From assembly GCA_015233495.1 (NCBI GenBank), contig JADFXQ010000012.1, forward strand, positions 1 through 39,402: a DNA stretch of 39,402 bases, given 5' to 3'. This DNA is from Candidatus Omnitrophota bacterium (lineage in GTDB: Bacteria > Omnitrophota > Gorgyraeia > Zapsychrales > Zapsychraceae). Shown one piece after another: positions 12,201 through 24,200 of the stretch. The notes beneath the pieces were generated by a model. It did not search any database, was not told the DNA's origin, and was given only the letters and a program-made list of their open reading frames with translations. A program made the position numbers and the translations under genes. The stretch's first letter is position 1. Every line of letters begins with the position of its first letter.

Positions 12201-15200
12201 CGCGCCATAGCCTGAGCAATTCTTGACCCGCGTCGACCCGGCGGCGCAACTCGTCTTCCGAGATATCCCGGCCGCGTAATAACGCCATGCGCTCATCCGC
12301 GTAATGAAACAAAATACGATTGATCGTGTCAAACTCAGGCTGTCCATATCCCGGGAAACACCAGCGAAAATCATCGCCCACTCCTTGAAACCAATCTGCC
12401 AGACGATGCTGCTGATCCAGATAATTTTTTTCCTTTAACACTTCAAAAATTCTCTTCTCATCCAAACCCGCGTCGCCGAACGCTCCCCAAGCGACCGTCC
12501 GCGGATGAAAATATCTCCCGCTGCTATTATTGGTATACAAAAACCATTGCGGAAATATCCGGCAAAGCGGACTCTTTTTGGACACATGCATATTCGCCAG
12601 CCAATCGATGATCGGCCGGATTCCCAATCGACGCGCCTCTCGGATGAAATCCTCCCAATCCGCCATAGTCCCGGCGCGGGGATCTATGGCTTCCGGGTCC
12701 ATCATTTCAAATGGCCCTTCTCCCGAAAACATCTCATTCATTAAATAAATAGTCGAAACTCCGGCTTCCGCCAACCTGACCAATTCCCGGGTTAAAACAC
12801 GCAAACCTCTTTCTCCGGTCAAGAGGTCGCGATAATCCCGTACAACAGCTTCATCAATGATCTTTGTCCGACCCGTGAGTTGCCGGTCGCCGGAATGTTG
12901 CGGCACCATGCCAGCGCCCTGGGGCTGACCGAACAATAAACGCAAACCGCGCAAAGTTTCTCCAACGCCGAGCGCCAGTTTGGGACAGCCTTCCGCGTTG
13001 TATTGATCCCCAAGCCGGCACTCGCCATTAAAGATTTCCGCCACCGAACCCAAACAGTCCAATTGGCTGCGCACCCCGTCAAAATACCCCCTTCTGGTTA
13101 ATAGCCGAACAGTTGGCGCAGTACCCAAAACTCGAATAGACGCTTGGATATACGCGGCCATCAGCCACGGTTCCACTGTGCCTTGATGCCGCGCCAAAGC
13201 CCGGCCGTCCCCAAAATAAACCGGCCGATATGCCGGGTCGCGTGTCGATAAAGTTCGCAAACCATAACCGGTCAACAATTGTTGGTTGACCTGGCGCAGA
13301 ACTTGCCGTTCTTGCCTCGGCGTCAACAAGCCAAAGCCCGCCGCGAAAATCTGATTCGGCCGCACGCGTTCGCCTTCGGCCGGATCACCGTCGATAAAAT
13401 CATATAAACATCCCGTTTGCTGATTCCAAAACCGTTGAAAACCCTCCCTGACCTTTGCAGCCAACTGACCCCACACCGCCGCGTTATTACGGTCATCCGC
13501 CAAACTGCGGCTCAGAATAATTAACGCGCGGTGCCAGAGCGCGTTGATCTCCACCGTCTTGCCGCGGCGCGGCGTTACTGATTGCCCTTGGAATTCCGCG
13601 TCCATCCATGTCCGCGCGATAGTCCCGTCTCTCCCGAGATTAGATAACAAACCGTCTTGATCCATATACCCGTATTCCGCGGACATCAAAGCCAGGATGA
13701 TTTCCCGCGCGATATCCCCAATGGTTTCCCCGGCAGGTCCGCCCGGACGCGTTACCGGTTCCGTCAAAATGCCGGCATCCACCCGGTCGATATATTCGCC
13801 GATCGCGGCTATGGCCCACAAACCGGCATCCATATTGTCATAAACCTGCTCTTGCCCGTCGCTGATCCAACTTGGAAGCATACCGCGGCGGACATAGCGT
13901 AAATAATTTTTCATGACTTCCCGAAACAGCATCTGGCCCCACTGGCACACCGCGGGATTATCCAAACACAAACCCGGCAAAGCGCTAAACGTCTGACGCG
14001 CCGAACGATATTGCGCCGCGCCCGCCCGGCGGTCATAATGCGGACATCCGCCAGCCACATCCCAGCCAAACCCATCGTCTTTATAAATAAAATCTTTCAC
14101 GCTCATCCCCAGCCGCCACTGATAATCCGCGGCATCCGCGAGCGGCGAAGCGGCTTTGTCCGGTTCGTCGCGTACAAATCGCGCCAGAACATCTGTCTTA
14201 TCCGCCAACATATACCGGCTCCGCGCCAAAGGCACCTGCGCCGGTGCGCTTGACACCCGCGCCGGACTCGATTGGATCGGCAATCGCCACTCTTCTTGAT
14301 TTATGCCGCGGTTATAAATGTCGCTCAACCAATGCGGCGCGTGGCAAACCGCGTCGATGCTCTCGGCGCCGCCCGAACTTTGGTCAATAAAAGCGGTAGC
14401 CCATTCCAAAGTGAGTGCCGACAACAACGAGGGCAAAACCGTATAACACGCCACCCATTGCGAAACCAAAGAATCCGGCACCCGGTTGGAATAGTCCTCC
14501 GCGGTAAAATGCATGGGCACGCCCCGGTCCGGAAACGCGACCACCACCTCTAAAGCGCATTCCGAGAGCGCGTAACTACGCAGCCGAGCCGCGTTGTCTT
14601 CTCCCAAATTGCCAAAACTAATCTCCGTGTTAAAATAATATTCCTGCCGCTGAAAAGCGCTGGAATTCATAAAGTAAGCGCAAAACGCCAGCGCTACTTC
14701 TATCACCTGTTCCACTACGGCAAAATACGCCGCGGATACCAACGTGTCAGAGAAACGCATGATCTGATCATCGGTTGCTAATCCGAACAGTTGGCGTCTT
14801 TCCCCGCGTTGTACCGCGGCTTCGTCCATAAAATAATCATTGTGGGAGATCACAAATTTCAGCTTCAACCCTCTGTCTAAAACCAAAGTCAACAAAAAAT
14901 ATCCATCCGTGATCTCCAATATCGTGCCGATCTGATATACGAGAGGCTGGACAGTCGGTGAACGCGCCGGCGAAGAAAAATTAATGGTGTCAGATCTCAA
15001 TATCGCATTGGCAGAATCCGCCGGGCTGGCCGCAGTGGCTTGCGCGAAACAGGCTTGTCCTAAAGCAAACAATTGCCGCGTCGCTTTTTTATTTCGGCTA
15101 AACACCCCGGTCCGCATTTGGCTCGCTTCGGTTTTGGACCCGCGGAACCAAAGTTTATATTTCTGCCCGCGGACATCCGTGAAAATAAACGCTAACCCGC

Positions 15201-18200
15201 CGCTGCCGGTTTTACGATTGCCCGGACCTGCCGTAGTGGTGGTTTCTTCGGAATTGATAATTTCTAATGAGTCAAACACCGCGGCCGAAACTCCGCTTAA
15301 AGTGAAACGACCATTGCCGCGGTCTATCTTGCGCTGCGCTACTGCCGCTTCCAGACCTTGCCGAATTTCTTCCCCAGAACGGACAACCGCGCCTTTCGCT
15401 TCAAATTTGTCCTGCATCCGGGAGTACTCCGGCGGCGGCATCTTAAGAATTTCCCACAAACTATAATTCCGCGGACTCGGCGGCAAACCGTTGATCCGCC
15501 GCCGCAGCAGCTGAAATTTTACCCGCAGGATATGCCGGATTTTCTCGGCAACGGTTGTCACCAGCAAAGTTTTAATCGTCTTAAAAACCACCGGGTCCGC
15601 CAAGATGAGTCCGAAGAGAATCGCGGTTAATGTCCCATCCCGGACTTCCGTGCCGCCTAAAATAGTCCCGCCGTTATATCCTTCAAATCCGGCAATCACA
15701 AAATATCCCTCTTGTTCCAACTGCCGCATCCGGTCCGTGACATTCCCTTCGCCTACCTCAACCACCACCACGCGCACCCCGAGTTTTTCACACATATCAA
15801 ACATCCGCAAATCATTCGCGCAGTGGGCCACAATCGCCATCGGTTTATCCTGGCCTTGCTCGTCTTTGGCCTCAGGATAATTTTCTAAATAAGTTTTCAC
15901 CCAGCCGATCATGCCCACTGCGGCCAAATAAGCCACGTCTTGCGGATGCAGACGTTGTACCCGGCCGAGCAAATCTTTGATTACCGTGTTCCCTCTGTCC
16001 GCGTCGCAATCAAAACCCACGCCTAACAACAGATCGACAAACGCCTTTAACACGCCGATTACGTCATTCATGGCCTCGCCTTCCGGTTCGATCTTCCGCG
16101 CGAAATGTCCGACCTCGCTGTTGATTTCCCGGACTTGAAAACCAAACATCCGCATCGCTTCGGCGGCAATCCCGCAAGCGCTGCCGCCATTCGAATCCGC
16201 GGCAATGCCAATCTCACCGGTAAAATCGGCGAGCGCTTCCGAATTTTCGATATGAAACACATTTTGCGCGATTTCGCGGATATACGCTTGAATCGCCCGG
16301 GCCCGATGCGCGGCAACGTTTTTCCCGAAAGAAACGTCCGCGATCCCGCCCACATGCCCGTTAACATAACTATTGACCAAATGCAATAAGGCCAAGCCAT
16401 TGCCCGCTAATCCATCCAACCGCGCCGCCTGCGCCCGCGCAATCACCCGGTTCATTTTTACCGCGTTGAGAATGCCGCCGTTTTGATTCGTGGAATTTTC
16501 TTCCGGTTCCAGATAACCGGTCATATATTTAAAACCATTGTCTTCCTCAGGATTATGCGAAGCGGTGATCATGATCCCGCCGTCCGCTTGCCATTCCCGG
16601 ACAGCCGCCTCCAAAACCGGCGTGGTCACCCGGCCCACGTCAATAATCGTCAATGACGCCTGCTCGGTTTGCGCGGCGATTTTTAAACCAATGATATGCA
16701 GCCAATTCAAAATCCGCGACGTAGGCCGGGGATCATGTCCTATGACAAACGTAAACTCGTCCGGAACAGGCAAACCCCGCCTTAGCGCTGCCTGCCGCCG
16801 CGCCCGTATCTGCTCCACGGCGTAGGCATACGTATACGACAGCGGGATCACTTTTGCCTCGTCGCTGATTCCCGGACCTTCGCCGAATTTTCCCCGCACC
16901 CCGGAGAATGACTCTACCAGCCGCAACCTTGACGCGGCAAACCCGGCCACCACGCCTAAATCTAGACGTTTCACGTTGATCGGTACTTCAGTGAGGATCT
17001 CTAACCTAGCCACCTCCTGAGGATAGGCGGAATGCGCGTGACGGCGGCTGCGCAAATGCGTTTCTTTATGGATAATTTCAAACATGGCTTGGTGGACAAT
17101 GGCAGATAACGCGGCCTGGCAGGCTTCTTCGCTCTCAAATTGCCGGCGGAACCGCGGGAGTACGTTCGCGGAAAAATACACTCGCATGACCCCGCTGCAA
17201 AACTCCGCCAGAATGAATCCGGCGGGCGGCGCCCGGGTCATCGCGCCCGTGATCTCATAAAACGCGCAGGGTTTTGATTCATAAAAACCGAAATCCCGCA
17301 TGAAATCCACAATCGGCGTGAAGCCGCCCGCCGCGATCAAATCTTGCGCTTCTCGCCGCGCTTCCGGATTCAACGCGCCAAAACAAACCGTTGTCTCCGC
17401 CGGACTCCCGGAAGTCTTGCGCATGACGGAAAACGCCTGCGGGAAATAATGCAGCGCGCCCTCGGTAGAACCGGGTTCATCCGCTTCAAAATACACGCGT
17501 AAAATCCGCGGCGATTGCCGGATTTTTTCCTCCAACCCTTCCGGCATGGCTAGGCGAACATATCCCATTTTTTCCAACCGGGGAACATACATTTCTTCCG
17601 CGTCAAACAACACCACATTGGCTTCGTTCGGCAAACACCGCGAATCCAATACGTCCAATAAATCCGTGACCGCGGCTTCACCGATATAACGCGTCACCGC
17701 TTTTAAAAATACGGTGTCCGCCGGCAGAACTCTGTATAAAGCTTGAATCCGCGCCGCAACTTCTTCTCTTTGAAAAGCAATCGTTAAGTCGGCATCAATC
17801 CGCGCCACGCTCTGCGGCCGGATTCCCAACGCGCGTATCCTCTGTTCTACCAGCGATTCGCCGGGCAAATACCCTTTATTGATCCCGATAACCGGAGCGA
17901 ATTTGGAAGGCAGCCAATCCGCGCCAATACACGGGATAATAATCCGGCCGGCCGGGATGAGCCGCGTGACAATTTGCAGTAATAAATCATAAGCGGCAAA
18001 CGCGGCAAAGATCAAACCATCTTCTTCCAAGGTCAAATAATCTGTGGACAAAACCCACGCTTCACTCTGATAGCGCTGGGCCACTGGCCAAGCCGCTTCG
18101 CGCGCCCGCGCCAGCTGGTTGACCAAAGTATTTAAATCGGAAGCCGGAGAAGCAGCTTCGAACCCGGCAGCTGCGGCAAGCGGAAATGCCCTGCCGGACA

Positions 18201-21200
18201 CCTGGCGAAAGAATTTTAAATTGTCAATGGAAGCGTGATTTACTCGGGAAGAAACAACATCGATGAAAAACAAAGCAGTGCCAACCCTATCCAAACCCAA
18301 GCGCAGTCCCGGAACCGGACTGCCGGATTTGCCCGGCGGATGGTCTTTAAATTCTTCCCACAGATGCGGCCGCAAATGTCCAGCGACCGGACTGCCGCCA
18401 ACCATCGCGTTTCCCTGCACGATCAAATCTTTGGGTAAAATCGAACTGATAGATAGCTCTCCCGCCTGCGGATACCCGGCAAAGTTTGCAGCCGCGCCAC
18501 GTGACCCAATCTTAGGAGTCGAAGTCGCCGCGTTTTGAGCAGCGCAAAGCGGCGACGAAGTGCCGAGCCCAGTCAGTTCGGCCGAAGCCGCGGCTTGGGC
18601 CGCGATATTGTGCAGCTCTTCGCCCCACTGTTGTTCACTGCGCGCCGGATAACGGCGAGTCCGCACGGACGCGGGATATTGTAAAATAATTTCGATTGTG
18701 GCCGAACCTTGGTTTACAGGTTGAATGGATATATCCGTAATATTAAGCCGGGTATTTTTTAGCCAAAACGCGTCGAATATCCGAAACAGGCGGCCCATCC
18801 GGTCCGGCACATTAGTGATTTTTAATCGAATAATTTCCACCGGCTCTTCTTCCACCGACGGATCCGCGCTGGCTTCCCGGGCATTTTCCATCCCGCCATT
18901 GATGTTGATTTCCGGAATCGCGCTCAGGCGTTTCACAATACGATTCAGCGTATGAACGTCATGAATTCCCCTCAATTTCATCACAACCTTAATCGGCTTG
19001 CCGCGTTTATCCGGAGATTGATTAACCATCCCTTTTAAACTCCCTTGCTCTTCAAACACCACCCTGGCCAACTGACGCAAAACCCCGGTCCGGTCATATT
19101 TTACCGTAACCATAATTTGCGCGGCTCCAGTGGGAGATAAACGTCCGGATGCGACTCTAAGATGCTCCCGCGTCAAACGGGCTTTAATTTCCTCAACTGT
19201 GATATCGCCATTGCCAATAGCAGCATAGAGCGAGTCAACGTCTCTTAAATCCAAGGAAAACGCTCCCAATAAAGACTCCCGCAGTAACACTGCCTCAACC
19301 CCTTGGGGATCTCGCTCTGGCCCGAGATGTGCGAGCAAAACCGGATCAAGAATTTGCCGGCCTTGGTTTATGGCCTCAACCGTGACAGTCAATTTGCTGT
19401 GAATCCCTAAAGCTTCTTTCAACTCTCCGGCCTTGATCTCAAAAGTCCCGTCGTTGAGCACCTTACGTCCCAATCCCTGAACTAACATTTCCACTGAAAC
19501 CGCGCTGTCTTTTTCCCCGTGACAAACCACGTCTATAAAATCCTCCAGCAAAACATCCGTCGCGCCCGTATCGAGCAAATCCCGCCGCGCCGCCAAAGCC
19601 AGCAAAATCACCCTCCGCAGAATATTCATATACTGATAAAAACCCAATAAATCTCCCCGCCGGATCTCCAAACCGGGACAATCCCGGGTCGCGATCAATC
19701 CTACCGTAATTACTCCATCGGGAACAAATCTCTGCGGCCCGACGGGAAGCCGATCCGCGGCTAACGCGTTAAGCTGCGTGTTGACTGTCGGATAAATATT
19801 TTCCAAGCGCGCCCTATAATCGCCGCGGCTGCTGCGCAATGTCCACAATCCCTGCCCTAACCGCATTTCCACATCATAGGATGCGGGCGACAAATTTGTG
19901 TCTACGCCGCCCATCAACCAGTGGATCCGGTCCGTCTGATAAGCGGCAATCATTTCATATTGGTTCATGCAATATTTCGCTATCCGCCGCGTGGTAATGT
20001 CCCCGACCCGGAAAACCTGCGATACATAATCCTGGAGAAACCCCTGATTGCGCCGTAAAAAGTCCATAATTTTCGCGGCGTGTTCTTTGGCCTGCGCAAC
20101 GAGTCGCTCTCGCTCTTGAGAGTCCAAGGTGACGGAAGGTTCCGTAACCAACTCATCCGGGACCAAATCCAAATCCGAACGCATACTATCCAAACGATCC
20201 GCCAATTTAAAAATCAAAAGCTGAAAATACTCCTGTCCTTTAATCCTGTCATGACTGCGGATAATCCGGCTGAAGAACTCGTAGTCAGACTCATCATTGG
20301 CCTTGTCTTTGGTCACGGCGCGCAACATCGGCTCTAATGCCGGATGATTCGGAAACAATGCCGCCAAGATCGTAAACGGAACCGAAGTATCTTCAAAAAT
20401 ATCATGCATATTGCTCATTGCTAAAATCGCCGCCGAATGCCGCAGACGCTGGGGATGCAAATTGCGAAACTCATAAAACAAAATTTGTGTCGTATGCACG
20501 CAATGAATAAAATACGGCGCCACGCCCAACCCGGCCCGGCGCACCGAACCCTCAAGCTCGTTATAATAAAACTGGTGCGCCAGAAAAGCTAAACAATAGG
20601 AAAGCATAATCAAACGTTGATCCTCCGGCGACTCATACCGCGCCGCGATCGCTGCCTCTTTTTTCCAGCCTTGGCGGTAAGTCGTCCACAGATCCCGGGC
20701 GTTCCAGCAGCGGTAACGCGGATAAGTGATCTGATAACCCCTGTCCCCATTAGACAACCCGGTAAACACCATAGGTTTAACCACCCGCACTCCCCGCACT
20801 TTCTCCCCGATAATGCCCCAGGACCGCGCTCTTTCGGGTATATTGCCGTCCATAGCGTAAAGTTCCAAAGCCATCCCTTTTAAAAGATCAATATCCATCT
20901 CCCGCGCCGGCGATGAAGTGCCGAACCTAATCAGTTCGGCCGAAGCCGTCACGCTTTGAGCGGAAATATATTCCTTTATAAACCAGTCTTTGAAATCCGG
21001 ATGCTGATTTTGAACCCCTCTTAAATAATTCAAAAATTGATTAATCACATGCGCGAAGGAAGGACAAATTTGGCATGATTGCTGCGGCGTGGTATTGGCC
21101 AAAACCGCGTTCCTTTGCCGCCAAATATCCGCGAAAGAATCCTTCCGGTTGCCGTCAAACACGCCGAGTTTCAAACCAGCCGGATGCGTATTGTGATAAC

Positions 21201-24200
21201 ATAAGGAGACATCGCCCCAGGCGCCGACCGCGCCTAATAAATGCGCCGCGTAACAATACTTAAAAGTGGCATCCGTGAATCCGGAACCTTCCCCTAAGTC
21301 CTGACGAAAAACGACCTCCATATTATGTCCCGCATCCAAACACGCCCGTAAAATTTCAGCCCGCACTCCCCGAATAACATCAGGCAAAACATTGTCTTTT
21401 CTATCCAGCCGTAAATCATAACTCAAGTGCAAACGGTCAATCCCTCCCATCTGGTCTAAATGCCGGATCAAATTATAAAAAATATTTTCCCCTCCGCAAT
21501 TACCGTCTTGCATAATATATCCTACGGATATAATCAACGCGGATCGTTGAGCGGTTTTCTTTTGGGCCAATTGTTCCAAATTCTCTGACACCACTTGAAA
21601 CCATCTCCCCTGAGGAATATTCTTAATGCGGGCAAAACTGGCCTCATCATGCGCATCCAAACTCACGACGATATACGCGGGAACCAAACCGGCACACTCG
21701 AGCAGAGCGTCCTGAACATCCGCGTCAAGCAGAATCCCGTTGGTAAACAAAGCGACGCCAAAACCCAACCGCGCCGCTTCCCGCATCCCGGTAATAATGA
21801 CGGCTTTCTCCAAAAGCGACTCGCCGCAAACTCCGGAAAATTTGATTTCTTTGGTTCTCAAATCCTCAGGCACATCCTGGTTTCTCCGGGCGATTTGGCG
21901 AATCAGCGCGACCACATCCTCCTGCGTTAAATTTCCGGACGCGTTGTTGATTCGGAATGCGCCACCGATACAATGCACGCAATTTAAATTGCAGCGGCTG
22001 GTAACCTGTATCTCTACGGTGCGGGGCATAAAATTTAAATCATTTTCTAAAATAGCCCGGATATGCCACTTATAGTTGCGCAGCATGGACCAAGTTTTGG
22101 GCGCGAAATTCTTGGAATGGACAAAACTCTGGTTTATCCGCGCTCGCTGCGCCGCGAAATCCTTGCGCGCCTGCGCCAGCGCCCCGCGTATCAAATTAAC
22201 TGTCAAGGAGCTTGTTGGCATCCCCAAAGAACCCCAAAAATAATCATCGTCGGTTGCTTCCCTATCCATCACCCGGCGCATAAACCGTATCAAAGCAACC
22301 GTCTTTGCGGAATCAAAATGCCGCTCCTCCCCCGCCATACCTTTTAAAATCATATCTCCGGCTTGCGCCAAAATCCCGCGGCTATCCGCGGCCGAGAATT
22401 GCGGCGCCGCGGCCAAAAGAATCAAAGGATAAATATGCAGATCCAGTAAACGCGCGACGTGTTGATAAGCATAATCCGCGGCGGCTGGGGGATAAACGCC
22501 AGACAATATCGCATCTTGATCCCGCCGCGTTTGCTGCGGCACCATGCTCACTAAAACGTCAATCAACAGAGCCGCAACCGGCCGTGACGCTTCGCCCTGT
22601 AAATAAGCCCGAACCGCGTAAAGCCATACTCCGCAACCGCACTCTTCGGATAAAATCGCGGTTATATTTTCCGGGAACCGTTCCCGCAATATATCTAAAC
22701 ATTCCCCAAGCCCATCACAAATATAACTTGCCACCGCGGCATTCACTACAATGCTCACGCAAGCCGCAGAATAATCAAACAGCTTCGGATGCAGATCTAT
22801 CATTAAACCCCGGCGTTCTACCAGCCAGTCATTCGCCGGATTGATCCGCCAAGAAAACCGGCAAGCGATTTCTTTTTCGTCCTTCAATTCCCCAAATGCC
22901 TTTTTAAGGGTGTCCGCGTGGTCAGGGCGCAGACCCTCCATTGCTAAATTTCCAGGATCTGGCGAAGCAATTTTGCCCGAAGAAAATGGCGGCGCAGCTT
23001 CGGCGGCCGGACGCGCGACAATTTGCGGCCAAACAAAATCGGGCGGAGTGTACTCAAACACGGGTTTAGCAAGCCGGAATATTCGGCGCGGCTGAACCGC
23101 CGGGCTGGATACCGGTGAAACGGTTATCCCCCCAGTTTGTCTCCAGCGCTTGACCAAATCCTCAAACTCCGCCGGCGGCAAAGCGAACGTCCGCAATTTT
23201 TCTTCAATATTCGCCTCGGTCATATTCGCATATTCTTCTTCGTTCCCGGCGAGGGTGCAGCCAATGGCGTCGTGCACACCCGCCCCGCCCAAACTGAACT
23301 GCCTGCGTTCGCGGCTGCGCGGCAACACATAAAGCTTTTTCCGCATCAGCCATAAAGAAGACGGTATATTTTCCCGGCGCATCAAGGCCAGTAAACCCGC
23401 CGCGGCTCGGGTAATGTCCCTGGAACACGGCCCCTTTATCACGACGCCCGATATGGGATAATCGTATAACCGTGCCACCGCTGCGCCGCCCGCATAACCA
23501 AAAACCTCATAAGCAAAATTTTCAATCGCGGCCATCTCCCGAATATAATACATTTGGAAATGCAGATGGTTGATCGTTGCCCAAGCGCCCCAGCCGTTAA
23601 ACCCAAAACGCAAATCATTGTCTTGACTGATCGCAAAAAACAGGTAAGCCGCGCGCAAAGCCGGTAAATCGGCAAATTGCGGATGACAAAGCAGCGGGTC
23701 CGGCAAAAATATAAAATTATAAGGAATGACCGGACAATAATTATTGTACACGGATAAATGCCGATCCTGAGCGAAAATATCCGCCAGCCTTTGTAACGGA
23801 GTCTGCTCGGTAATCTTTAAGAAATCATTGGTCCGGCCAAAAGGTTCATAAACCGGATTCTCGTCACGCCGGGCAGCGCCCAGATCAACGCGCGCCGGAT
23901 TCCAAATCGCCGTATAACGGCCCACTGGTTTGGAATACACCTCCAATTTGGGATGTTTATACGCGCCCTGTTCCCAACGTAAATCCCATAAGCGGCACAA
24001 TTCGCGATCCAAGCCGGGTTGACGCAAATCTTGCCGCGCCAGCCGCGCCGTCCCGTCCGCGTTGAGCCCGAGCAAAAAATGGACTGTGCCCTCCAGGGGT
24101 GAAGAGCTATCGCTATCCTGGTATAACCCGGCGCCTTTTGATGCCGCCGCATTTATGTATTCCCAATCCAACAAAGGCCGGATACAGCGCTCAAAATATT

